Source: Ignavibacteria bacterium (lineage in GTDB: Bacteria; Bacteroidota; Ignavibacteria; Kapaibacteriales; UBA4661). Taken from it: a DNA stretch of 64,000 nucleotides. Where the stretch lies: positions 11,652 through 75,651 of the forward strand of contig CANHDJ010000011.1 of the NCBI GenBank assembly GCA_947459425.1, read 5' to 3'. The stretch's first letter is position 1. Every line of letters starts with the position of its first letter. This document shows positions 9,753 to 19,597 of this stretch, in pieces. Position numbers and translations under genes: made by a program. The notes below the pieces were generated by a model. That model did not search any database, was not told the origin of the DNA, and was given only the letters and a program-made list of their open reading frames with translations.

Positions 9753-11171
9753 TTAGGATACCTTTGGCGCACCTATGCGCCGCACACGTCCCCGCAATGC
9801 CGCATAAACGCTGAATAAGCGCGTAGTGTCGAAAAGGGGTAAATCTCGTGAAACCCGCCACATCAGGAATAATCCGAAAACTCCCAGCACAATATCGGCA
9901 AGCCACATCGAAAGCCACGGCGCGATAAAACCTCGGTCTGCAAGGCGCTCTCCCGTCATCAGGAACATCCAATAAATCACGTAGAACACCAGTGTAATTG
10001 CACCGCTAATGCCGAAATTGCCGCGCTTTGTCATAATCCCAAGCGGGCAGCCAATCAGCACAAACACAAGGCACGCAACGGGAATGACATATTTTTTGTG
10101 AATTTCCACCAAATATTTGTTTGCGTTTGCTTGACGGTCGCGGATTTGAAAAATATCAGCATCAAAACTTGCCATCATCCCCGTAATGCGGCTTTCGGCG
10201 CTCCATGCAGCATCTTTGCGGGTTGGCGGTTTTGTAGAATCTGCCGTCAAACGAATACTACTCATCTCCGGAGTGAGACTATCCCGAATACCGCTTGTGT
10301 ACTTGATTTGTCTGTCGAGATTTTTCTTGATATTCTGCTCCGAGAGAACAATCGCATTTTCATTTTCGTTCACAATATTCCGCATATCGGGAATCCGCAT
10401 TGTGCGGTCGCCGCGTGAATACACCCGCTCATCGGTGCGCGTGAAAGCAAAACCGCTTGCATCCATGATAATCCGATGCTGCTCAAATTTGATACGCCGA
10501 TAATCGCCCATATTTTGCTGATTGACCTGATGAATCTCGCCATTGGTGAGCATCAATACCACTTTCGCATAATCGGTCGTGAAATTGATGCGCCCAGTGT
10601 CGGCGGAAACGACGTTCAGCATTTCGAGAGATGTATTATCGTAAATCGTCACACCCAGCATCACTCCTTGCGCGGTGTCAATATTGCGTGATAAAATGCT
10701 ATATCCTTCAATTTGCGTTGAAAACTGCCCTTTATCAACGACAAACGTCGGTTTTTTGCGCTGTATGTCCACCATCAGCATTTGTGCGCGATAGTTTGCA
10801 TCGGGCAAAACAAAATCATTGAACCAAAACAGCGCAAGCGACAGCAGAACGCCTGTCACAAGCATCGGGCGCATCATACGAAGCAAACTGCCGCCGCCGG
10901 ATTTGATAATTGTGATTTCATTCGTAGAGCCGAGATTTCCAAATGCCATAAGCGAAGCCACCAGTACGCCCATCGGCACGGCAAGAGTTACCATCCACGC
11001 CAAGTTAAGCGCGATAAGCTGTGTGATAACCCAAGCACCCAAGCCCTTTCCAACCAATTGTGGCAAAAAATTGATAAGAAATTGCAGCAAAAACACGAAC
11101 ATCACCGTAAACGCCCCAAAAAAGAACGGTCCGATGTGTGCGCGGAAAATATAGCGGCTAATGTAGCTCAT
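9753..11171 (-). CDS. LptF/LptG (YjgP/YjgQ) family LPS export permease
   Basis: Typical N-terminus MSYISRYIFRAHIGPFFFGAF, six predicted TM segments and a large periplasmic insert. Start trimmed from 11213 to the ATG at 11171. Confidence 0.8.
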   Translation of the reverse strand: MSYISRYIFRAHIGPFFFGAFTVMFVFLLQFLINFLPQLVGKGLGAWVITQLIALNLAWMVTLAVPMGVLVASLMAFGNLGSTNEITIIKSGGGSLLRMMRPMLVTGVLLSLALFWFNDFVLPDANYRAQMLMVDIQRKKPTFVVDKGQFSTQIEGYSILSRNIDTAQGVMLGVTIYDNTSLEMLNVVSADTGRINFTTDYAKVVLMLTNGEIHQVNQQNMGDYRRIKFEQHRIIMDASGFAFTRTDERVYSRGDRTMRIPDMRNIVNENENAIVLSEQNIKKNLDRQIKYTSGIRDSLTPEMSSIRLTADSTKPPTRKDAAWSAESRITGMMASFDADIFQIRDRQANANKYLVEIHKKYVIPVACLVFVLIGCPLGIMTKRGNFGISGAITLVFYVIYWMFLMTGERLADRGFIAPWLSMWLADIVLGVFGLFLMWRVSRDLPLFDTTRLFSVYAALRGRVRRIGAPKVS

Positions 11172-11440
11172 AAGATTTTGGACAGAATTAGTTTCATGCT
11201 GTGAAAAGCGCAACGTGAGATCGAAAGCGCTCTTCAGCCCGAACTTGTTGAAGATTTTTACTGCTCAAATGCTTGGTTGTGATGAAATGTGTCTTGTAGG
11301 TTCACAAATTCATAGTTTTGGCAAGAATTTACCGACAAAGACTGCTCAATCATGCCTAAACTCAATATCCACCGTCACGTAATTGAGAACAAATATGTGG
11401 ATAAAATCAAAAAAATGTACGCAGAAAGATAAAAAATATC

Positions 11441-11479
11441 AAAAAGCCGCTCAAAACAGGAGTTTTGAAGCGGCTTTTT
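11441..11479. terminator. Strong bidirectional-looking hairpin inside a roughly 740-bp intergenic region
   Basis: AAAAAGCCGCTCAAAAC-AGGAG-TTTTGAAGCGGCTTTTT, with an A-run upstream and a T-run downstream. It lies 9 nt after a 26-codon sORF (11352-11432). Confidence 0.6.
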
Positions 11480-11914
11480 GCGTATCGCCATCTCGGGAAT
11501 ACTCAACGATGGAAATCAAAAATGACCTTTGGCAGACCTTTCTACACTGTACGCAACAGAATCTCGCTGATGCTCTTCAAATTGCGGTGAATTTCAGAAG
11601 ATTCCAGCCCAAATTTTTGTATATTTTCAGCAGCGACTATTTTCCCAGAATACGGAGCATTCTCAATGCAGAACACAGCAGAACACAGCATAAAACAGCA
11701 TCCGCTCCATAGCAAATTGCGTTTCGCACCGGACGTGGTGGTGCTTTTCGGCAGACCGCGAAGGCATTATGGCTTGTCTCAGTTCTATGGCAAAAATTTC
11801 GATATTTCACCCTGTGCGGGCAGACTCAGGGTGAAAATCGCATAAAATCTCATGTTAAGCCTGTCCACAGCATTACCCTAAATCTTTTGGCAAAGAACTT
11901 AACTACCTGTCCCA

Positions 11915-12691
11915 ATGCGCTACAATCTCATTTCGTGGAATGTCAATGGCATTCGTGCCGTGCAAAACAAAGGGCTTTTTGACTACCTCGACCGCGAAAA
12001 GCCCGATGTAATCTGCTTCCAAGAAACAAAAGCGCTTCCGGAGCAGTTGGACGCATCGCTCCGACAGCCCGACGGCTACGAAGCGCATTATCACTCATGC
12101 CGCCTTCGCAAGGGATATAGCGGCGTGGCGACATTTTCACAGCATTCGCCTCAAGCAGTCACAATGGCGCTTGGTGTGCAGAGGTTTGACGACGAAGGAC
12201 GCATGATTACGACGGATTTTGGTGATTTTGTCGTCGTGAATGTGTATTTTCCCAATGGGTCAATGGAAGAAAAAGGGCGCTTGCAGTATAAATTGGAATT
12301 TTATGATGCACTTTTCGCGTACACCCAGCGTTTGCGCTCGGAAGGGCGGAAAGTTGTTGTCTGCGGTGATTACAACACCGCGCACACCGCACTTGATCTT
12401 GCCAGACCGAAAGAAAACGAGAACACATCGGGCTTTATGCCTATTGAGCGCGAAAAATTAGACGCTATCGTGAAAATGGGCTATATTGACACATTCCGAG
12501 AGTTTGAGCCATCGTCTGGGCATTATTCGTGGTGGAGCTATCGTCAAATGGCGCGGGAACGAAATATCGGCTGGCGTTTGGATTATTTTTTCATCTCCGA
12601 CGACCTTCTGCCGCACTTGGAAAGCGCTTCGATTCAGCCTGAAGTGCTTGGTTCCGACCACTGCCCTGTTCAATTGGTACTGAAATTTTAA
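11915..12691 (+). CDS. xth: Exodeoxyribonuclease III
   Basis: Motifs ISWNVNGIRA, FQETK, GDYNTAH and SDHCPV at the C-terminus; 258 aa. Confidence 0.92.
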   Translation: MRYNLISWNVNGIRAVQNKGLFDYLDREKPDVICFQETKALPEQLDASLRQPDGYEAHYHSCRLRKGYSGVATFSQHSPQAVTMALGVQRFDDEGRMITTDFGDFVVVNVYFPNGSMEEKGRLQYKLEFYDALFAYTQRLRSEGRKVVVCGDYNTAHTALDLARPKENENTSGFMPIEREKLDAIVKMGYIDTFREFEPSSGHYSWWSYRQMARERNIGWRLDYFFISDDLLPHLESASIQPEVLGSDHCPVQLVLKF

Positions 12692-12702
12692 CTTGCCAAT
12701 GC

Positions 12703-14985
12703 TTGCAAAAGATACGTTCAAGGGAAAGAGATATGGTGTTGTGTTCACGAATTATTGCGCTTGTAGGTTTTTTTTCCTGCATTGTCGGGATATGCCCCTT
12801 CGCGGCAAATGCACAAATCTCTCGCTTGGTTAAGCCCTTGGTGATAGCAAATAGCGATGCCGCAGTGCCTGTGGGAAACTATGCTGATGTGTTTGAAGAT
12901 ACCAAGCGCTCGCTGACTATTCACGATGTGCAATCGCTACCATCTATTTTCACGCCAACAAAACATTCAATTATTCATTACGGATTCACCACATCGGCAA
13001 TTTGGATGCGGTTTTCCGTCCTGAATCCTAGCGGTGAGCGGTGTTTTTTGCAAATCTATAATGCGCCACTCGACACCTTAGATGTGTATATTCCTCGTCT
13101 CGATGGAAGTGTTTTTCATAAGCGCTTTGGCGCAGGAATACTGGGTTCACGGGAGTTTAGCAGTACCTATCCCGTCTTGGCACTGGAAGAATTAGACTCG
13201 GCGAAAACTCTGCCGCGTGATGTCTATGTGCGAGCAGTAAGCTACGGCGTGATGTACTTGGCAGGCGAAGTCGCCGGAACACAAGCGGTAATCCATACGT
13301 CGCTCTATTACTCGTGGTTCAATGCTATTTCCTTTACCGTACTTGTGGTATTGGTCATCTATAATTTCTTTATCTTCGCCACTGTTCGCCAGATGTCGTA
13401 TTTGTTGTATGTTCTTTATGGTATAGCGATAGCCGTGTTTTTTTCGTATCAAAAAGGATATGTGTTCTTGCTGGTGGGCGATAGCGTGGCTTCGTGGCTC
13501 TACAGCGTTCCGATGATGCCGAATATTCTGGTGTTGCTGCCCGCGATGTTGATATGCCTTTTTGCCGCATCATTCCTGCATACCCACGAGATTCTTCCGC
13601 ACTGGCACAAAGTATTGATGGGGCTAGTGATACTTTTTGCGGCAATAATGCTGGTGGGAAGCCTCACGGGGTTGAGCATTGCGCGGAAAGCGCTTTCCTT
13701 TTTAGTGATGGCTTCGTCGCTCACAACACTCGTTTGCGGCATACTTGCGCTCCGCAAAGGCTATGCTCCGGCGCGGTATTATCTTATCGGCTGGGGAACG
13801 TGGCTCACGGCAACGATTATCTATGCGCTTTTGGTCGAGCGAGTACTGCCGACAACGCGCTTTATTGAAATTGTCCTGCAACTCGGTGCGGCTTCCGAAG
13901 CGGTCTTGATGTCGTTTGCCCTTGGTGATCGTATTAATCTTTTGCAACGCAATCTTGCCAAAGAGCGCCAGCAACGCGCACTGTCGGAGCGCGAACGAGA
14001 ATTGGAGCATATTCGCATCGAAGAACTGGAAAAAGCCAATCAGCAAATACGGGAGCAACGCGATACCATCACCGATTACAATCTGAATATTGAAGCTGCT
14101 AATCTGGAATTACATCATATCAACGAACAACTAACCCAGCAACAGCGCCTTTTGGAGCAGCGAAGCCAAGAAATTGAGAAAATGAACGTACAGTTGCAAC
14201 AGCAAAACACGCAGTTGTACTCACTGAATGAAGAGAAAAATGAGTTTCTCGGCATTGCCGCCCACGACCTCAAAAACCCGCTTACAGGCTTGCGTGGAAT
14301 GTTGGAAATTTTTAATTCCGACGATGATTTGCCGAAAGAATATCGTAAAAAAATGGGTGTCGTCATGCGGCAGTCCGTTGACCGAATGTTCGAGATTGTG
14401 AGTAAATTTTTGGATGTTAATGCCATTGAGCAAGGCTCTATCAAGCCCAACGGGGAAATGTTTGTACTAATGCCGCTTGTGCAGTCGGTGGTCGGCAATT
14501 ACGCGCTTCCGGCAGCCGATAAGCATATTCGCTTGAGTGTTAATGGTGCTGAAGATGCGGAATGTTTTGCCGACAAACACCTCACCTTGCAAGTGCTGGA
14601 TAATCTTATATCGAACGCCGTTAAATACTCGTCCTTTGGCTCTCCCGTGCGTGTGTCCGTGCAAACAGATCTCTCGCCGGAACTTCAGGAATTATCAGCA
14701 AAACAGCACATTGCCGAAATTACGTCGCCACATATTTTCGTCATTGTTCACGATAGCGGACCGGGCATTACGCCAGATGACCGCAAAAAACTCTTTCGTA
14801 AATTTACTCGTCTCTCGGCAAAGCCCACCGGTGGCGAGCATTCAACGGGGCTTGGGCTGTCTATCGCCAAACGTCTCGTCGAGGCTATGCACGGCAATAT
14901 TTGGTGCCTCTCCGAAGGCAGCAATGGTGCGGTATTTATTCTTGCTCTACCGATAAATGACTGGCGGCGCTCCGGTCAAATGTAA
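12703..14985 (+). CDS. Sensor histidine kinase with a 7TMR-DISM-type extracellular and 7-TM input module
   Basis: It has an N-terminal signal, a periplasmic domain and seven hydrophobic helices. A coiled-coil is followed by the H-box AAHDLKNPL, N-box NLISNAVKYS, G1 DSGPGI and G2 GLGLSIA. An alternative start is the ATG at 12733. Confidence 0.85.
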   Translation: MQKIRSRERDMVLCSRIIALVGFFSCIVGICPFAANAQISRLVKPLVIANSDAAVPVGNYADVFEDTKRSLTIHDVQSLPSIFTPTKHSIIHYGFTTSAIWMRFSVLNPSGERCFLQIYNAPLDTLDVYIPRLDGSVFHKRFGAGILGSREFSSTYPVLALEELDSAKTLPRDVYVRAVSYGVMYLAGEVAGTQAVIHTSLYYSWFNAISFTVLVVLVIYNFFIFATVRQMSYLLYVLYGIAIAVFFSYQKGYVFLLVGDSVASWLYSVPMMPNILVLLPAMLICLFAASFLHTHEILPHWHKVLMGLVILFAAIMLVGSLTGLSIARKALSFLVMASSLTTLVCGILALRKGYAPARYYLIGWGTWLTATIIYALLVERVLPTTRFIEIVLQLGAASEAVLMSFALGDRINLLQRNLAKERQQRALSERERELEHIRIEELEKANQQIREQRDTITDYNLNIEAANLELHHINEQLTQQQRLLEQRSQEIEKMNVQLQQQNTQLYSLNEEKNEFLGIAAHDLKNPLTGLRGMLEIFNSDDDLPKEYRKKMGVVMRQSVDRMFEIVSKFLDVNAIEQGSIKPNGEMFVLMPLVQSVVGNYALPAADKHIRLSVNGAEDAECFADKHLTLQVLDNLISNAVKYSSFGSPVRVSVQTDLSPELQELSAKQHIAEITSPHIFVIVHDSGPGITPDDRKKLFRKFTRLSAKPTGGEHSTGLGLSIAKRLVEAMHGNIWCLSEGSNGAVFILALPINDWRRSGQM

Positions 14986-15043
14986 TGCTCTTGTTTTCCT
15001 CATGTGTATTTTTTTCTTGCAGGAACGAAACTTTTACTGTATT

Positions 15044-15065
15044 TTCATCGTAAAATTACGATGAA
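15044..15065. promoter_or_regulatory. Perfect 10-2-10 palindrome overlapping the arsR start codon; candidate ArsR operator
   Basis: TTCATCGTAA-AA-TTACGATGAA, read directly from the sequence. ArsR/SmtB repressors typically bind imperfect inverted repeats at their own promoters. Confidence 0.4.
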
Positions 15066-15426
15066 CGATTTAGAGAGAAAAACTTTTACGCAGAATACCA
15101 TGACACGAACGAAAAACGACCTTTTTCTGCCCGACGAAATGCGTCTGTCAGAACTCGCCAAAGCGCTTGCGCATCCTGCTCGCATCGCCATCTTGAAAAT
15201 GCTTGCCGAAAAAAACAGCTGTATTTGCGGGGAAATTGTTGATGAGTTGCCGCTTGCACAGGCAACCGTTTCACAGCATTTGAAGGAATTGAAAAATGTT
15301 GGGTTGATTAAAGGCGAAATTGATGGACCGAAGGTTTGTTACTGCCTCAATACCGATGGAATAGCGGAATTACGCGGTCTTTGGGCAAATCTTGAGCAAA
15401 GAGTTGCGGCAAAGATTTGTTGTTAA
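15061..15426 (+). CDS. arsR: ArsR/SmtB family metalloregulator
   Basis: wHTH region [13 protein letters not shown]...[30 protein letters not shown] with a CxC metalloid-site-like motif. Start trimmed to the ATG at 15061; the alternative is the ATG at 15100. Confidence 0.85.
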   Translation: MNDLERKTFTQNTMTRTKNDLFLPDEMRLSELAKALAHPARIAILKMLAEKNSCICGEIVDELPLAQATVSQHLKELKNVGLIKGEIDGPKVCYCLNTDGIAELRGLWANLEQRVAAKICC

Positions 15427-15461
15427 ACAACACTTTTATCATCCACTTTCGGATACTATTT

Positions 15462-15938
15462 ATGACTATCAGTTTTGTTCAAAACCACGATGAAGCAAGT
15501 GTTTATCAACTCTTGCAAGAAAGCGCTCTGCCGACGCAGGATTTAACAACAGAGCATTTTAAGCACTTTTTTGTGATGAAAGAAGAGGGTGAAATTCTCG
15601 GTGTGGCAGGAGTAGAGAGCCTGAGCGCACAGCGCGGGCTTATGCGCTCAATCGCCGTCAAACCCGAATATCGCGGTAAGCAAATTGCGACGCAATTATA
15701 CCACGCTGCCGAAGAACACGCTTGTTCGATGGGGATGCGCGAAGTCTACGCCTTCACAACCACGATAGAACCTTGGCTCACACGACTTGGATTCGAGCGC
15801 ATTGAGCGGGAGAGCGCTCCTGATGATATTCGCCAAACATCGGAGTTTAGCGGACTATGCCCGGCTTCTGCCGCCATTTTGCGAAAAACACTCCGTGTGT
15901 TGTCCGAAGAAAAACCACATTTGTATGTCTGCGCATAA
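15462..15938 (+). CDS. GNAT N-acetyltransferase of the ars-operon-associated ArsN2 type
   Basis: GNAT core MRSIAVKPEYRGKQIATQLY and a C-terminal motif SEFSGLCPASAAILRK that I recognise from ArsN2-type proteins. It sits between arsR and arsM. Confidence 0.7.
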   Translation: MTISFVQNHDEASVYQLLQESALPTQDLTTEHFKHFFVMKEEGEILGVAGVESLSAQRGLMRSIAVKPEYRGKQIATQLYHAAEEHACSMGMREVYAFTTTIEPWLTRLGFERIERESAPDDIRQTSEFSGLCPASAAILRKTLRVLSEEKPHLYVCA

Positions 15939-16045
15939 CCTCGCAGAGGCTTATCAATACTGATTTCCCAGACCATTCTTATCATTCCCTGCCTTGCGAT
16001 TTCACGCAATGGCACGGGATTTCATTACCCTATTTTTTTATTGCT

Positions 16046-16891
16046 ATGCAAACTTCCACTGCCACCCCATTCATCACCAATGATGAATCCCTCAAATCAC
16101 TTGTTCAAGAAAAATATGGCGCTATTGCCGAAAATGCGGAGGTGGGCGGCTGCGGTCCCTCATGTGGCTGCGGCCCGACTGACCTCAATATTCCAACGGT
16201 GATGAATGAAGATTATACGAAACTTGCGGGCTACACCCCTGATGCAGACTTGGCGTTGGGCTGCGGAATACCGACACAATTCGCACAAATTCGCGTCGGT
16301 GATACGGTTGTTGATTTAGGTTCAGGCGCGGGCAACGATGCATTTGTTGCACGGGCATTAGTCGGTAACGCAGGGCGCGTTATTGGGGTGGATTTCACCG
16401 AAGCGATGATTGCAAAAGCCCGAGCGAATAACGAAAAATTGGGCTTCGGCAATGTGGAATTTGTGCGCGGAGACATTGAAAATATGCCGCTTGCTGGTGA
16501 TGTTGCGGACGTTGTGGTGAGTAACTGTGTTTTGAACCTTGTCCCCAATAAGCCAGCCGCATTTAGCGAAATGTTTCGGATTATGAAGCCTAGTGCGCAC
16601 TTTGCCGTGTCGGATATTGTTCTCGGCGGCGACCTTCCAAAGGGCATTCGTCAAGCGGCAGAAATGTACGCGGGATGCGTGTCGGGGGCAATCTTGCAGA
16701 ATGACTATTTGGCAATAATTGAAGCGGCGGGTTTCCAGAATATTTCCGTACCCAAAGAGCGGGAAATTTTCCTGCCCGATACCTTGTTGTTATCGTACCT
16801 AACCCCTGCGGAACTTGCAGATTTTCGGGCATCAGGGGCAAAAATTCTGAGTATTACGGTTTATGGCGAAAAGCCTTCCATCAGGGTCTGA
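16046..16891 (+). CDS. arsM: Arsenite S-adenosylmethionine methyltransferase
   Basis: N-terminal Cys cluster GGCGPSCGCGP, SAM motif VVDLGSGAGND, and conserved Cys residues in SNCVLNLV and YAGCVSGA. Start trimmed to the ATG at 16046. Confidence 0.88.
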   Translation: MQTSTATPFITNDESLKSLVQEKYGAIAENAEVGGCGPSCGCGPTDLNIPTVMNEDYTKLAGYTPDADLALGCGIPTQFAQIRVGDTVVDLGSGAGNDAFVARALVGNAGRVIGVDFTEAMIAKARANNEKLGFGNVEFVRGDIENMPLAGDVADVVVSNCVLNLVPNKPAAFSEMFRIMKPSAHFAVSDIVLGGDLPKGIRQAAEMYAGCVSGAILQNDYLAIIEAAGFQNISVPKEREIFLPDTLLLSYLTPAELADFRASGAKILSITVYGEKPSIRV

Positions 16892-16902
16892 CTACACATT
16901 CT

Positions 16903-17014
16903 AGCCACTCGGACGGCGAAGAAAGCGCCGGACGGTGAGACCGCTCCCCGTTGGATGTCGCTAGACGAGAAGAGAACCGCGCCATCCGGCGGCTTCTTAG
17001 TCCGTCGGGTGGCT
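16903..17014 (-). repeat. Reverse-orientation, internally deleted copy of the roughly 140-bp MITE/REP-like element (see 49717-50789)
   Basis: The reverse complement reads AGCCACCCGACGGACTAAGAAGCCGCCGGATGGCGCGGTTC...GGAGCGGTCTCACCGTCCGGCGCTTTCTTCGCCGTCCG. Both ends match the full copies. Confidence 0.6.
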
Positions 17015-17226
17015 TCTTCTCCATCGGCTTCTTCTCCGCACTAAGTATTCCCTGCGCCAAGTTCGTGCTGTAATGCGGGAAATACCTTACCAAACACCAA
17101 AGCCGCTTGAAACGACGTTTCGAGCGGCTTTGATGCTTCAGAGAGGAGGCTTTCCCGTTGCCGGAATTGCCTCGCCCGTGTGCGTCCCCAGTACATAGCA
17201 CACGGTATTCGAGAGTTGTTGTCGTC

Positions 17227-18444
17227 TTACACGGTTGCCGTTTGTGGCAGGAGTTCGTGCATCATCGCGCCAAGGCGCTTGATTCCTTCTTCAATCATCG
17301 TTGCCTCAGCGCAGGAATAGTTTAAGCGCATCGTATTTGAGCCGCCGCCATTGACGTAGAATGGCAGCCCCGGCACAAATGCTACCTTTTGCTTGATTGC
17401 CACATCGAAAAACTTCACCGTCGAGAAATGCTCCGGCATCGTGACCCAGACAAACATACCGCCTTCGGGCTTGGTGGAAACGGCTTCCGTTGGGAAATGG
17501 CGCTCAATAGCGCCCAGCATCACTTCGCACTGCGCTTGGTATGCAGATTTGATGCGTCCGATATGCGCTTCGAGGTCGTTATTGACCAAGTATTCGTGCA
17601 TGATGCGCTGCCCGACAAAATTTGTATGCAGGTCGGTGGCTTGCTTGGCGATAATCAATTTTTCCATAATTGGTTTTGCTGCCACTACCCAACCCAAGCG
17701 GAATCCGGGCGCAGCGATTTTCGAGAATGAACCAAAAAGAATACATTGGTCGCCGAAGTAGGCACGAAGCGACTTTGCACGAACACCCGAAAAACGTAGG
17801 TCGCCATAAGGATCATCTTCGATAATGAGCGTATTGCGCCCCATCAGTGCCGTTGCAACGCGCTCCCGCGTAGCTTCGGTGTAGCTGATACCTGTTGGAT
17901 TTTGAAAGTTTGGAATCGCGGAAAACAGCTTCACATCTTGTTTGTCGTAGAGCGCTTCGAGTTCGTCCACGTCCACGCCTTCATTGGTGAGCGTAATTCC
18001 GGCGAAATTCGGCTGATACACCGAAAATGATTGAATCGCCCCCAAATATCCGGGACTTTCCATTGCAACGGTGTCGCCCGGATTCACGAGTACCTTGCCG
18101 ACAAGGTCAATCCCTTGCTGGGAGCCGCTTGTAATCAAGATTTCTTCGGGCTTAATATCCAAGCCTTGTATTTGTTTGTACCGTGCCGAAATATACTCAC
18201 GAAGCGGCAAGTAGCCTTCGGTTTGAGCATACTGAAGTGCATTTCGTCCACTTTTGGAAAATACGCTATCGGCTGCTGCTTGAAATGCCTCGACGGGAAA
18301 AAATGCCGGATTGGGAAGCCCGCCCGCAAACGAGATAACATCAGGCTGCACCGTCGTTTTCAAAATTTCACGAATAAACGACGTTGGAACGCCGCTCATA
18401 CGCTCGGCAAAGAGGCTCGTAGGATTAAAGTGGGCTGTATTCAT
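17227..18444 (-). CDS. PLP-dependent aminotransferase (class I/II, ARO8 / 2-aminoadipate aminotransferase-like)
   Basis: PLP-lysine context SFSKIAAPGFRLGW, 405 aa, overall fold-type I pattern. Confidence 0.88.
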   Translation of the reverse strand: MNTAHFNPTSLFAERMSGVPTSFIREILKTTVQPDVISFAGGLPNPAFFPVEAFQAAADSVFSKSGRNALQYAQTEGYLPLREYISARYKQIQGLDIKPEEILITSGSQQGIDLVGKVLVNPGDTVAMESPGYLGAIQSFSVYQPNFAGITLTNEGVDVDELEALYDKQDVKLFSAIPNFQNPTGISYTEATRERVATALMGRNTLIIEDDPYGDLRFSGVRAKSLRAYFGDQCILFGSFSKIAAPGFRLGWVVAAKPIMEKLIIAKQATDLHTNFVGQRIMHEYLVNNDLEAHIGRIKSAYQAQCEVMLGAIERHFPTEAVSTKPEGGMFVWVTMPEHFSTVKFFDVAIKQKVAFVPGLPFYVNGGGSNTMRLNYSCAEATMIEEGIKRLGAMMHELLPQTATV

Positions 18445-18474
18445 GCGCTTGTTCCGATAATACGTGAGAAAAAT

Positions 18475-18927
18475 TTATGGTAATTGCGGTGCGGGGAAAA
18501 CCTTGTGAAACGTGAAAGCAAATGCTGTTTCGCCATCTGCCTCAAGCGCTGCGAGGCGCTGTTTTGCTTCTTCCAGCGTAGGGGTGTGTCCTTCGGGAAT
18601 CCACCACAGCGCCAGATGGGGCGTGGTCATTGTTTCAAACCATTCGCGGCGGCGGCGCAAATATTGGGCGTGTCCGCTTTGAAATGCGTAATGCTGAAGT
18701 GCTTCCAGCGATTCCCAAACCGACATATTGACAATCAAAAGCGGGTCGTCGAAGACTTGTATGGATGTGGCATTGCCCGTTTCATCCTTCAAGCGCCAGA
18801 GAAAACCGTCGCTGGATTCTGCCAGCAGATTGATTGCCGCAATCGCCTGAGCGAAGTCCTTGATGCGCGGGTCGTCCATTGGTGCAACCAGACGTGCGAT
18901 GTTGATTTGTGCAAGATGATAGGGCAT
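18475..18927 (-). CDS. DUF3291 domain protein
   Basis: The sequence MPYHLAQINIARL...DGFLWRLKDE...MSVWESLEALQHYAF matches my recollection of DUF3291. Start trimmed to the ATG at 18927 so that it no longer overlaps the upstream GNAT gene. Confidence 0.75.
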   Translation of the reverse strand: MPYHLAQINIARLVAPMDDPRIKDFAQAIAAINLLAESSDGFLWRLKDETGNATSIQVFDDPLLIVNMSVWESLEALQHYAFQSGHAQYLRRRREWFETMTTPHLALWWIPEGHTPTLEEAKQRLAALEADGETAFAFTFHKVFPAPQLP

Positions 18928-18943
18928 GGAATAATCTCCGACG

Positions 18944-19477
18944 TTACGATTGCGAAGCGAGTTGCTCAAGTGTTGCGCCCGTGAGCCGAAAGACCGTCCA
19001 TTCATCCATTGGCGTTGCGCCAAGGCTTTGGTAAAAATCAATCGCGGGCGTGTTCCAATCCAATACCGACCATTCCAAACGCCCACAACCACGCTCTTGT
19101 GCGATACGAGCCAGATACATGAGCAAGGCTTTTCCGAAGCCTTTGCCCCGAAATTCCGGCTTGACAAAGAGGTCTTCGAGATAAATACCGGGTTTTGCCA
19201 AAAAGGTAGAATAATTGGAGAAAAAGAGTGCAAAGCCAGCAGGTATGCCGTTTTCGGTATAACCAATCACGACTTCTGCTGCCGGACGTTCCCCAAAAAG
19301 TGTTGTGCGGAGTGCTTCTTCCGTTGCTATCACTTCATGCGTTAATTTTTCGTAATCTGCCAGTGCTTTGATACAATCCAAAATGATGGAAACGTCGTCA
19401 ATACTGGCTGGGCGAATGTCTAAACCGTGAATGAGCATGGACAAGTGAGTCATATTGAAAGTGATGCTTGCGAACAC
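18944..19477 (-). CDS. GNAT family N-acetyltransferase (spermidine/spermine or diamine acetyltransferase-like)
   Basis: GNAT motif A LFVKPEFRGKGFGKALL and the C-terminal segment LEWSVLDWNTPAIDFYQSLGA. Alternative starts are the ATGs at 19453 and 19438. Confidence 0.85.
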   Translation of the reverse strand: MFASITFNMTHLSMLIHGLDIRPASIDDVSIILDCIKALADYEKLTHEVIATEEALRTTLFGERPAAEVVIGYTENGIPAGFALFFSNYSTFLAKPGIYLEDLFVKPEFRGKGFGKALLMYLARIAQERGCGRLEWSVLDWNTPAIDFYQSLGATPMDEWTVFRLTGATLEQLASQS

Positions 19478-19597
19478 GGTACAAAATTACAACAAAAGTG
19501 TTTTGCAAAACAGATACAATATTGTAGTTTCGCAACCAGCACAGTTAAAAACTGTATCCATTGCAATCAATCTCTCTTTATCAACACGTTTCATGTT

